Positions 38,969 through 50,577 of a stretch of 50,577 nt of DNA are shown here, in pieces. A program made the position numbers and the translations under genes. This stretch comes from Octopus bimaculoides. Its lineage: Eukaryota. Below the pieces are notes generated by a model. That model did not search any database and was not told where the DNA came from. It saw only the letters and a list, made by a program, of their open reading frames with translations. The first letter of the stretch is position 1. Each line of letters opens with the position of its first letter. The stretch lies in NCBI RefSeq assembly GCF_001194135.2, contig NC_068984.1, positions 79,421,503 through 79,472,079 on the forward strand. The letters are read 5' to 3'.

Positions 38969-39903
38969 TCAGAATCCTCTAACACTTGTTTTCTATGCTG
39001 GCATGGGTTGGATGTTTTGATCAGAGTGGACAAGCTGAAGAGCTGCACCAGGTTCCAGTCTGATTTGGTGCATGGTGGTGGTGGTGGTAATGGTGGTTAT
39101 GATGATGATGGTGATGGTAGTGATTATGATGGTGATGATGATGACAACGACAAGGATGATGGTGATGGTAATGACAATGTTGATGATGGTGATGATGATG
39201 ATGATGGTAGTGGTGCTGGTTGTGGCGGCGGTGGCAGAGGCGATGACAACGACGACGAAGATGTTAATGTTGTTGTTAATGTAAGGTCATATCTGGTCAA
39301 GTAGGACCTCAGAGGAAATTATTCAAGTCAAACTTGACTCTCCTGTTCTTTTCAATATCAAGGAACACCATTGTTTGTTTTAAGACACTAAGCTACGTGT
39401 GATTAGAGAGATTTGGGTACAATTTCTCTCTCTTTGGGTAACCATTTGGAGATTCTCCCATTGATATTGATGTCAATAGTAGTGGTCATGGTAGTAGTGG
39501 CGGTGGAAGCATTTTCTAATGGATCTTACAAGTAATTATACACCCACACCATCCTTAGTTTCCCTTTTTTTTTAAATTACTTTTTCCTTTAATTTCTATT
39601 TCTTTGATTAATTAAAATCCAGATATCTGCTTCATTATTAATTTCACAAAAGGCTGCTATCTTAACATGTCAGCATGCAAGTCTTTATGTGGTTGTTGGG
39701 TCTGCTAGAAATAAGAGTCAAATTTCCTTAAAATCACATCTCACCATCTTATAAAGAATAGGCACATTTTCTTTTATAATACTGAACCATGAAGCCCTTT
39801 TGCCAGAAATAGCAGCCAAACTCTCTGTCAAATCATGTTCTGCTATCAGCAGGAAAGGAAATGACAATGAAAATTAAAGGAGGAGGGAAGGTGTTATGTA
39901 TGT

Positions 39904-39936
<33 letters not shown>

Positions 39937-40733
39937 CAATACATTAAATTCTCTCTTTTCACCAGTCATCAAGCTAATACATTTCTTATGCCTGTCCTCA
40001 TGTTGTCCATCTTTAACTTTATTCATTTATTTGAATTGTCTGTTTATTTGAATTTACTATATATATATATATATATTTAGATTAAAGCCTGTTCATTCCA
40101 TCTCCTGTATTATAGAATTTATATATATATATATATATATATATACATACATACACACACACATATATATATATACCTCTACCCCACCCTCAGCCTAACC
40201 CACACTCCACCCATGTCTTCCCCACCTCCCAACACCCTCACATCACATCACACCAATACCCTCGCATAACACCACGTACACACTACAACTGACCAACTCC
40301 TTTCTCCCTTCCCCATTTTCACACTACATACGTCAAGATCACCGTTTGTTATCTCCCCCTTTTCTTAGCTCTCCTGAAAAAAGAATTTCNNNNNNNNNNN
40401 NNNNNNNNNNNNNNNNNNNNNNNNNNNNNNNNNNNNNNNNNNNNNNNNNNNNNNNNNNNNNNNNNNNNNNNNNNNNNNNNNNNNNNNNNNNNNNNNNNNN
40501 NNNNNNNNNNNNNNNNNNNNNNNNNNNNNNNNNNNNNNNNNNNNNNNNNNNNNNNNNNNNNNNNNNNNNNNNNNNNNNNNNNNNNNNNNNNNNNNNNNNN
40601 NNNNNNNNNNNNNNNNNNNNNNNNNNNNNNNNNNNNNNNNNNNNNNNNNNNNNNNNNNNNNNNNNNNNNNNNNNNNNNNNNNNNNNNNNNNNNNNNNNNN
40701 NNNNNNNNNNNNNNNNNNNNNNNNNNNNNNNNN

Positions 40734-40768
<35 letters not shown>

Positions 40769-40771
<3 letters not shown>

Positions 40772-40935
40772 GAAATTTCCAGAAAAACAAAAGATGAAGA
40801 CTGGTGTATAAACAACAAGCAGGTGTTTATTTAATTTGACACTTGGGAAGGTGAGAAAATCTTTTACGTTTCGAGCCTACATTCTCCAACAGAAAGGAAC
40901 ATGAGGAAATAAACAGAGAGGGAATAAAAAAAACG
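40769..40935. mobile_element. Penelope-like terminal fragment, copy 2, abutting (TA)n
   Basis: Homologous to 3218-3385. Confidence 0.5.
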
Positions 40936-41375
40936 TTTTGGGTTAATGGTCAAATATAACATATGCATACACAGACAGACTGGGTTTCCACACAGTTTCC
41001 ATCAACTGGTTTTACATACATGAGGCTAATGTAGAAGACACTTCGTTAAAGATCCTGTAGAGTGGGATGGAACCTCAAAACACATAGCTGCGAAGTAAAC
41101 GTTTTAAACACAGAGCCATAACTGCACCCATTATTATAAATTTTTGTTTAAACTCTCAGCATCATCTCACACAATTTTCTATTGAAATGTCAGAATAAAA
41201 CCCAGCTGCTGGAAAGAGAGAGACATTACTATCTTGATGTACAAATTAAACTCGTAGATTCTGTCCTCGCTCCAAGAAGAAGCACCAATAAATCAATGTA
41301 GTTTAATTGGTTAAATGTTTGATTCCTTGTACATTGGAAGCAGGTTTCATTTAATCTTAGTTTTCATGACTTTAC

Positions 41376-41415
41376 CAAAGTTTTATTTCTGTCCGTTGAT
41401 CTATCGATGGAAAGT
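41376..41415 (-). CDS. Candidate internal exon, 40 nt (D-FPSIDQRTEIKL-C)
   Basis: Acceptor catttctattacAG, donor TTG|GTAAAG. Phase 1-2 links the 44287 exon to the 38339 exon. Confidence 0.35.
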
Positions 41416-41693
41416 CTGTAATAGAAATGGTAGATGATGCTTCTGTGGGGTGGATTGGTAGAATAGTTAAAGCACCAAACAAAATTCCTAGTAATATGTA
41501 TTTATGATCTTTTCCATTAAGAGTTCAAATCTCAACAAATTCAAGTTTATGATTTCCATTCTTCTAGGAGAGGTGGGGGTGTAGGGGTGGGGTGGATAAA
41601 AGAAACGTCAGTCATGTATCAGGTTTGGAAAACTAGCTGTTTCCTTCCTTGCCAAAATCTTAACTTAGTTGCCTATGTGGGAAGAGAGTTTAT

Positions 41694-41912
41694 TTCTTAT
41701 TTCTTTATTACCCACAAGGGGATAAACATAGGGGGAACAAACAAGGACAGACAAAGAGATTAAGTCGATTACATCGACCCCAGTGCGTAACTGGTAGTTA
41801 ATTTATTGACCCCGAAAGGATGAAAAGCAAAGTCGACCTCGGCAGAATTGAACTCAAACAAAATACTGCTAAGCATTTCGCTCGGCGTGCTAACGCTTCT
41901 GCCAGCTCGGCA
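41694..41912 (-). mobile_element. SINE family B
   Basis: High identity to 22642-22936. Confidence 0.85.
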
Positions 41913-42029
41913 GCTTTTTTTTTTTTTAAACTCTGACAGCCAAGGGGTATATTTCATAGAAAATTCAATACCAATAACAATTGTCATCACAGTTAAGAGC
42001 TTATTTCTGTCTAAGAGTTACTCAACAGT

Positions 42030-42455
42030 GTCATCATCATCATTGTCGGTGTCAGGGTTGGCAGCGCTGGCAGCATCGGTGGCATTAATGGCATTGGCAT
42101 CAATGCACTAATGGCATTGGTGTTGATAGTATTGGCTTCAGTGGTGTTGGCGTCGGTAGCATCGGCAGTGTTGGTGGTGCTGGTGGCATCGGTAACATCA
42201 GCATTGGTGGATTCAGCATCACTGGTGTTGGCATGGGTGGCATCAGTGTCGGTGGCCTCGAGGTCGGTGGCATCGGCGGCAGTGGTGGCATTGGCAGCGG
42301 CGGTGGCATCGGCAGCATCAGTGGCATTGACATCGGTGACATCAGCATTGGTGTTGGTGGCATCAGCATCAGTGCTGTTGGTGTCAATAGCATCAGTGGT
42401 ATTGGTAATGGTGGCAGTGTTGGTGGTGGTGGTAGCAACGGTAGCATCATCATCC
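42030..42455. repeat. Degenerate GC-rich trinucleotide/hexanucleotide array (ggcatc/ggtgtt-type)
   Basis: Cryptic simple sequence; stop-free in several frames on both strands. Confidence 0.8.
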
Positions 42456-43565
42456 ATTTTTCTATGTTTGTATGGGTCAGATGAAATTTGTTGAAGTAGA
42501 TTTTCTATGACTGGATGCTCTTTCTGTCACCAACCCTCGCCTGTTTCCTAACAACGTAGTATTTCTTCATGGCCAGACATGTTTTTCACGAAAGACTGGC
42601 CACAAATAATATCACTTCTGTGATAATGCTGCTTGTTTGTCATGATGTCAATACAAAGATGCACAGAAACACACAGAGAAACACACACGCACACACACTT
42701 GTATATACAATAGGCTTCTTTCAATTTCCATTTACCAAATCCACTTACAAGGCTTTGGTTGGCCTGGGCTCTGGAGAATATACTTGTCCAAAGTACAACA
42801 CAGTGGAACTGAACCTATAGCCATGTGGTTTGGAAGCAAGCTTCTTACCTCTAAATAAGCACTGATCATGCAGTATGATGATCACAGACATTCCAAAGAT
42901 GACCATCCTGTCTTTTCTAAGATTATCCAGGACTACATTATCCACTGCATCTATTTAAAAAAAAGAAAAACAATATGACTGTGATTTGAAAGAAATTTCA
43001 CTGCTATTTCTGGCATGCCATGCAACCACATAGAGACTCCCTCATTAACTCAGGTGTAATGTTGTTGATTGTGATGGTGATAGGATTGACTAATGATGGT
43101 ATTGATGGTATGTATAGTGAAAATAGTAGAAACGGTGGAAACAACCATGATGGTGGTGGTCATGGTAGTGATAGTTGTGGTGGTAGTGCTGGGGGTAGTT
43201 ATTGTTTAACCCTCTTCAACCCTCCCCTAAAGTTAACCCTTATAATCAAAGACAGTCAAGCCTAGCTGTGACTGTTCCTTCTTATCTGTGGCAACATTAT
43301 CCAGTGTGAATCTAATGATTATTTTTATTTAAGTTTAAGACAGTACTGGTGCAATTTTAGGGAGATTTATCTACTATTTGTAGTGAATCAAGCAATTATG
43401 TGAAAAACTCATTCTCTCTCTCTCTCTCTCTCTCATTGACTTGTGGCAGAGGTAGCAGTGTTAGTAGATGGTCAATGTCCAGACTTGACTGTTGTAGATG
43501 GTGTGGTCTTTTGTTCTTTGTTCGTGAAAATTCAGTGCTTTACAAAAATAGATGAATAAATAATG

Positions 43566-43616
<51 letters not shown>

Positions 43617-43617
43617 C

Positions 43618-43711
<94 letters not shown>

Positions 43712-44286
43712 GTAGGTAGATAAATAGATATGTTTCTTTATTAGCCACACAGGGCTCAACATAGAGGGGACAAAATACAAATGTAGAGTTTTTCTTTTCG
43801 AGGGGGGTGAAAACAAAGCAGAAAAAAAAACAAAAATGGGGACAATGATGAAAAAAAAAATACATCGCAAAACGTTTGGGGTATTTACACAAAATACGAA
43901 ATAATACAGAAAATTCCCAAGATAGATAAAGTAAAAAAAAACTAGTATCTTCTATTGCAAAAACAAGAAGAAAAGGAGGAAAACTAAGAAGAGACGGAGG
44001 AAGAAGAAAAGGAAAAAGAGGAAGAAAAGGAGGTAAAAAGAAGAAAAAGAGAGAAACAGTAAGAGATATGGCTGGAGAGCAGACATCCTTACAAATGTAA
44101 CTGGGGAACCAAAAGTAACAGAGTTCTATTGTTCTCTTCCTTGTATCTTCCACAAGAAATACAATAATTAAAGAAGTCTTATGAAAGCTTTTGGCTAGTG
44201 TTTTTTTATATCCTTTTTTTTAAATTTTTGTTTTTTGTTTTGTTTTACTAAAATAGATGAAGTTTTATAACTGCTGTTCTTCTTAC

Positions 44287-44385
44287 CTGGCAGAGGTGTA
44301 TGTGGCTCTGTAGATTCAATATATTCCATAACAAGATTTCTCACTGCGTGTCCTGTCTGAGATTTTCTGTCAATAACTGTACTGG
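44287..44385 (-). CDS. Second coding exon, 99 nt, phase 1-1 (T-STVIDRKSQTGHAVRNLVMEYIESTEPHTPLP)
   Basis: Consensus donor CAG|GTAAGA, open frame, and phase matches the upstream exon. The acceptor attTAG has a weak pyrimidine tract; an in-phase alternative CAG lies 9 nt further in. Confidence 0.7.
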
Positions 44386-44427
44386 CTAATATTTTATGTC
44401 ATTTGAAATTTTTTCTAGCATTGGCAT

Positions 44428-44760
44428 CTTAGGCAAGTGTCTTCTACTATAGCCTCGGGCCGACCAAAGCTTTGTGAGTGGATTTGGTAGACGGAAACTG
44501 AAAGAAACCCGTTGTATATATGTATATATATATATGTGTGTGTATGTGTTTGTATGTCTGTGTTTGTCCCCCTAGCATTGCTTGACAACTGATGCTGGTA
44601 TTTATGTCCCCGTCACTTAGCGGTTCGGCAAAAGAGACCGATAGAATAAGTACTAGGCTTACAAAGAATAAGTCCCGGGGTCGATTTGCTCGACTAAAGG
44701 CGGTGCTCCAGCATGGCCGCAGTCAAATGACTGAAGCAAGTAAAGAGTAACAAAGAGTAA
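44428..44760 (+). mobile_element. SINE family A (5'-truncated)
   Basis: High identity to 24050-24440. Confidence 0.9.
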
Positions 44761-45024
44761 CATTCATAAAGTCTAGACTGAATGTGAAGAACAGACAAAA
44801 AAAAAAGAAAAAAATTGGTAGCTCATGAAGTGCCATTTCAAATATGTCTGCTGCCAAGCCAAGCCCTAAAGATTAGTACTAATTCCAGATATAGGCTCAA
44901 GACCACAGCTCTTTCTGGGGAAAATGATGTAATTGATGACACTACCACCAATATTTGATACCATTCTCCTCTCTTTAAGTGAACTTCTCCCAAGAGCTTT
45001 TCTGTCTACTTCCTCTGTCTCATT

Positions 45025-45056
<32 letters not shown>

Positions 45057-45476
45057 CTGCATACCACTCCATCTCAGCCCTGTAGATCTTGGACCATCCA
45101 ACTCATGCCAACATGGAAAGCTGATATAAAATTGTTATGTCTCAATGCTACTGCTATCTAGCACCTTCGGATGATCTCTACTCAATCGCTACACAACTGC
45201 TACTCGACTGCTTCTCGACACTCCTACCACGGCCAGACTACCTCTATGTATATGTCTTGGGAGATCCTACTTCTTCGCCTGGGGGCATCGACACAACAAA
45301 AATGATGATGATCTCTCTTTGTCTCTCTCTCTCTATCTCTCTCTCGCTCTTTCTATATATATATATAATTTATAATAATTAATATGGAGACTTGTAAATC
45401 CCCCAAAACTTATTTTGTAGTTATATACAGCATATTGCAATGACCTACACATCCTTCTACTGCTGCGACTACTCAC

Positions 45477-45591
45477 TGTTGCAAATGCAACCATGCATTA
45501 TTGTCGGTGCATCTTCATCGGAGTCCATCCATTTGATCATATACTCCAGACAGTTTTTACCATCCAGCGAAGCGTACACAGAATTACCCAT
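45477..45591 (-). CDS. Probable first coding exon (MGNSVYASLDGKNCLEYMIKWMDSDEDAPTIMHGCICN); exon 45477-45611 including 20 nt of UTR
   Basis: Acceptor tttgttgttAG at 45612, in-frame TGA four codons before the ATG, +4 G, donor ACA|GTGAGT, GC-enriched unique sequence. Product not recognised. Confidence 0.65.
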
Positions 45592-45931
45592 TGGAAGAAT
45601 TCACAGAGTGACTAACAACAAATTGTAGTCACAGATGTTAAATACTGATCATTGTGGTTAGGTGTTAACTGGAACTTAACTGACAACTAATACAGGATCC
45701 ACCTGGATAATATATCCCTCCAAATTCACTTTCATATATATACATATATATATATAATATATATATATATTGCCAGAGCAGCTGTCTGGATTCCATGCTA
45801 GTGGCCTGTAAATAGCACTATTTGAGCGTGATCGTTACCAGCGTTGCCTTAATGGCATTCGTGTCGGTGACACATTAGGAAATCATTCGAGAGAGATAGA
45901 TAGATAGCTAGATGGATGGATGAGTGGATAC

Positions 45932-46340
45932 AGGTGGGTGCAGGCGTGGCTGTGTGGTAAAAAGCTTGCTTTCCAACCACATGATTCTGGGTTCAGTCCT
46001 ACTGCATGGCAGCTTGGGAAAGCATCTTCTACTGTACTCTTGGGCTGACCAAAACCTCTTGAGCGGATTTGGTAGAGAAAAACTGAAAGAAGCCTGTCAT
46101 ATATATATATATCTATGTGTGTGCGTGTCTTTGTGTCTGTATTTGTCCACCACCACCACTTGACAACCAGTGTTGGTTTGTTTATATCTCCATAACTTGG
46201 CAGTTCAGCAAAAGAAACTGAAAGAATAAATACCAGACTTTAAAAAAAAAAGTACTAGACTAGACTTGTTTGACTAAAAGCCCTTCAAGGTGGTGCCTCA
46301 GCATGGCCACAGTCTAATGACTGAAACAAATAAAAGATAA
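45932..46340 (+). mobile_element. SINE family A (diverged)
   Basis: Full head-to-tail homology. Confidence 0.8.
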
Positions 46341-46837
46341 ATTATTATCATGTAGGATTTCATCATGAAGGAAACCATCCTGATGAAGAGGGAGCATTAT
46401 GTTTCTGTATTTGGAATACTTAAAATGCCATTTATACATTTATTGTACTCCTGAAACAACCGTAGATGATATCCTTAACCTGAATTCACCTGAATTGGTA
46501 TATATTTATTTTATCTACTTATTTACCCTTAAATTTTAAAATTTTGAACTCTCATCCAACATTTCGTAGAAACATCAAATTCTTAATCGATTCAAACAGT
46601 TCCTTTTGGAAGTCCTTACCTCAAATTTTTATCTCTCTATTTGTCACTCCTCCATTCAGTACCAAAACCCACCATACATGATACATCGTTTTCACATACG
46701 ACTTTTACATGTAATTTTGTTCATTCATTTATAAATTTATATGTATATTCATTTCGTTGTGTGTTTTAAATTATGCTTTCAAATTTGTATTGATTGCCTA
46801 GATGAGTCCATATATTGTGAAGTATACTTAAAAACAT

Positions 46838-46877
<40 letters not shown>

Positions 46878-46946
46878 TATATATATATATATATATACTN
46901 NNNNNNNNNNNNNNNNNNNNNNNNNNNNNNNNNNNNNNNNNNNNNN

Positions 46947-47007
<61 letters not shown>

Positions 47008-47083
47008 TACACACACACACATATATATACATATATATACACATATATATATAGGAGACCAAAGTGTACGTACATAAATATAC

Positions 47084-47114
<31 letters not shown>

Positions 47115-47204
47115 TATATATATATACATATATATATAAACACACGCACACATATATATATACACATATATATACACACACACATATACATATATATACA
47201 GATA

Positions 47205-47257
<53 letters not shown>

Positions 47258-47345
47258 GTATTGCACAATGTAAAACTACAACTTCATTATAGATATTAAG
47301 CCAGCAAAGTATTTTGGACTTTTCTTTTTCACTTGTTAATGTCAT

Positions 47346-47376
<31 letters not shown>

Positions 47377-47708
47377 TTTGTAATTTATAAAATCATTCAT
47401 CTAATAAATATTCCCTTGACTGGACATGAGCAACTGATGAACTGCTTAAATTAGGAGTGATGGAAGAATTACAAAGATTAGTAGGAATGACCACACTTCT
47501 TCGAAAGCAAAATTGTATGTATGTATGTATGTATATATGCGCGTGCGTGAGTGTGTATGTGTGTGTGTGAAAATGCATGTGATTTTATGCATATTTTTAT
47601 GCATAGTGTGAAATAGATTAGAATGAATGACAAATTAAAATGTCCAAACAAAAGCAAGAGCTAACCAACCAGAACATATTTATAATGATTAATAATGATA
47701 ATAGTAAT

Positions 47709-47786
<78 letters not shown>

Positions 47787-47802
47787 AATAATAATAATAA
47801 TC

Positions 47803-48276
47803 TAAGAGCACTCAGAGAGTGCAAGCATCTGTCAAGGCAGTGCCAACGTCCTCTCAATGATTAGCCAATGATTTTTAAAATGAGAATATCTGAAATAAAT
47901 TCGACTGCTCTCACAAACGAGGATACTAAAATTGAACCAGGCCACTCTCAAAAATTAAGTAAAAAAACAGGGAAAATAATCCAGAATCTGGAGATACAGA
48001 TATGGTGCCTGTAGAGCGCCGTGTCTCGGGCGGCGTCCGGAGCGCTCTTGCCGGCCCTGGAAAATCCGGGTCCGTAACGAGTTAAGCTCAACAGGGTCTT
48101 CTGGATCGATCCTGAAATTTTATCAGTTTGTGCCAATTATGAGGCCAAACTTCCTTGAAAGTTTCATGCGAATCCATCCGGCGGTTCTTGAGATAACTTG
48201 TCCACAGACAAACAAACAAACAAACAAACAGACATGACTGAAAATAATACCTCCACCTTCGCTAAGATGGAGGTAA
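47803..48276 (+). mobile_element. Non-autonomous Helitron-like (DINE-1/HINE-type) element
   Basis: 5' aagagcactcagagagtgcaa...tgtcaaggc, internal (CAAA)n near the 3' end, terminal hairpin acctccaccttcgctaagatggaggt, no TSD, sits in AAT repeats. This architecture is typical of DINE-1/Helentron-associated elements. Confidence 0.65.
47990..48102. pseudogene. Chimeric 28S rRNA fragments (sense ~47990-48070; antisense 48079-48102)
   Basis: gtgcctgtagagcgccgtgtctcgggcggcgtccggagcgctcttgccggccctggaaaatccggg aligns with the recalled LSU segment GUGCCUUGGAAAGCGUCGCGGUUCCGGCGGCGUCCGGUGAGCUCUCGCUGGCCCUUGAAAAUCCGGG. gagttaagctcaacagggtcttct is a 23/24 reverse complement of the conserved AGAAGACCCUGUUGAGCUUGACUC. 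Confidence 0.8.
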
Positions 48277-48621
48277 CAATAATAATGATGATGGTGATGG
48301 ACTCTCCTGGTGAAGACGATGTACAAATAATTTGTTTATAGTGATCAAATGTTCGTGTCACACATTAACTCACTCTCTCCATCAAATTGACATTGCCTGA
48401 AAAAGGTGCATGGTGTACTGCATGTCAGGCGTCGAAGTGATCGCAGAGCAATGTGAGATGAAGGGTCTTGCTCAAGAACACAATGAACCATTCAGTAAAG
48501 GAATTGAAACCACAATATTGCGATCATGAGTGCAACACCCTAACCTCTAGGTCATGCATCCTATTAATAATGATGATGATGATGATGGTCTTCTCAACAA
48601 TAGGCACAAGGCCTGAAACTT

Positions 48622-48670
<49 letters not shown>

Positions 48671-48679
48671 TCCTTTCTA

Positions 48680-49009
48680 CTAAAGGAACAAAGCCTGAAA
48701 GTTTGGGGGAGGGTATAAGTTGATAACATTGATCCAGGGCTTGACTGGTACTAAGTTTATTGATCCTGAGAAGATGAAAGGTAAAGATGAAAGATGACCT
48801 CAGTAGAATTTAAACTGAGAACGTAACAACAGATGAAATACATATATACATATATACAACAGGCTTCTTTCAGTTTCTGTCTACCAAATCCACTCACAAG
48901 GCTTTGGTCAGCCCAAGGCTATAGTAGAAGACACTTGCCCAAGGTGTCATGCAGTGGGACTGAATCCAGAACCATGTGGTTGGTAAGCAAGCTTCTTACC
49001 ACACAGCCA
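48680..49009 (-). mobile_element. Adjacent SINE family B fragment and family A 5' half
   Basis: Homology to 22735-22885 and to 9410-9546. Confidence 0.7.
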
Positions 49010-49289
49010 CTCAGTTCAATTCTTGTTCAACATCTTAACCAAAGTAAATAGATGACTCATCTACATACTTTGCTCTTCACATGAGGCCCCTCAACCATGT
49101 AGGCCCCCTGTGACCACAGGGGTTGCAGGGGCTTAGCGATGGCCCTGGTATGAATCATACCAGACTTCAAAATCAGTACGTGGGTGATTATGACTGACCA
49201 AAACCCCTTCAGGATGTTACTGCCAACAGTCCAATGACTCGAGCAAAAAGATAAAAAGAAAGTGATGAAGAAGTATGTAAGTAAAAAGC

Positions 49290-49570
49290 ACCCATGCTGA
49301 TCCATGTAAAAAGCACCTGTGCCAGTTCACTTAAGAGATGCCCATGCCAGTCCATGTAAAATCACTCGTGCCAGAACTTGTGCTTGTGCCATGTAAAAAT
49401 GCTCAGCACATTCTGTAAAGTGGTTGGCATTAGGAAGGGCATCCAGCTGTAGAAACAAAGCCTAATCAGACTAGAACTTGGTGCAGCTCCCCAGCTTTCT
49501 GCTAGCTCTGGTCAGACCATCCAACCCATGCCGGCATGGAAAAGGAACATTGAAAGATGATGATGATGAT
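49290..49570 (+). mobile_element. RTE-type 3' UTR/tail remnant with (GAT)n tail
   Basis: gtggttggcattaggaagggcatccagctgtagaaa...ccaacccatgccggcatgg, as at 32380-32525. Confidence 0.7.
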
Positions 49571-50517
49571 AATGACGCCAACACCACCAATACCACTGCC
49601 ACTGCCACCGTCTTCAATGACGACAGTGACAGAGTTAACCATGATTATGATTAGTAGTGACAGATATATCAAAGTCCTTACAGTATTGAGATCAATCCCA
49701 TTGTACTTGTAAGTTCAAATGTTGTCCTTTGTTTAAGTTTCCTTCCCTTTTTTTAAAGTTCCCTTCCCTTCCCTTCCCATCAGCCCTAAAAAAGAAACCA
49801 AAAACAAAAGGAAAAAAAACACAAATCGGTGAAGGGAACAAAGTGTGAAAGACACAAAAAACAAGAGATGAATAGGGCAATGACAAAAGTAAAAAAACAA
49901 AACAACTTCCAGGGCAAAGTAAAAACTGGTTTTTCTCCTCCCCATTTGTAAACACAAATGTTTACCATTTCATTTATAAATTATAGCGCCTGAGAACAAG
50001 CAGATATAACAGAACATAATCTGCACTTGTTATATTCCAGTGCAAAATAATATGTTTTTGTTGCTGAGAGAGGATGTGGGAAACATTTTTTTTTGTGTGT
50101 GTTTCGATGTACTTTTATATTGTTACCGTTATGTGTAAACATTTGACTCTTTGTTGTATGATGGAAAAGTTTCCATCAAAATAACACATACAGTACACAG
50201 CAAGTCACACAAATGCACACGCGAACACACACATACATACAAGCACATAATACACGCACTCAGTCAAAAACACACGCATACACATCATCAGCATCATCAT
50301 CATCATTGCCGCCATCATTATCACTGCTATTCTCAGATCTTACAGTATTTCGTTCTCTTTTAACATTCCTATTCTCTTCTTGTGGTATTATCATGTTTTC
50401 ACCAATTATCCTGTTTTAGGGACATTACTTCCTTTCCTTCATCAATTGATACCTTTCACTCCCGCCTCACTGTCTCTTGGTATGTCTCCCTATCTATCAA
50501 TCTATCTAAATATCTGC

Positions 50518-50577
<60 letters not shown>

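Noticed and set aside
44320-44345. LVMEY as a protein-kinase hinge motif
   Set aside because: No glycine-rich loop, VAIK, HRD or DFG motifs appear in the flanking candidate exons.
48010-48100. Possible HDV/twister/pistol ribozyme in the GC-rich island
   Set aside because: The conserved catalytic motifs could not be placed; the stems are explained by the rRNA origin.

Overview
AT-rich, microsatellite- and retroelement-dense animal genomic DNA with nine N-gaps. The repeat repertoire (tRNA-derived CORE-like SINEs with internal microsatellites, RTE-type LINE remnants and tails) points to an octopus/coleoid genome; this is an inference. There is no prokaryotic-type system (no operon, CRISPR array or intact transposase), and almost all ORF-track entries are translations of microsatellites or N-gaps. 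The non-repeat signal is a candidate multi-exon minus-strand protein-coding gene (ATG at 45591, short exons scattered down to about 16700) whose product I cannot identify. Its introns hold decayed mobile elements: a Naiad-type Penelope-like RT, RTE LINEs, a zinc-finger LINE 3' end, pogo-like, Tc1 and hAT-type DNA elements, and Helitron-related pieces. The most unusual observation is a CpG-intact patchwork of 28S rRNA fragments (sense plus antisense) inside a non-autonomous Helitron-like element at about 47990-48102. Other notable items are a 113-bp fold-back repeat, a locally duplicated 5' splice-site region and an exon that is open in two frames. Splice models and family assignments were made by eye and from recall of consensus motifs; none was confirmed by a database search. 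Many repeat boundaries are approximate.
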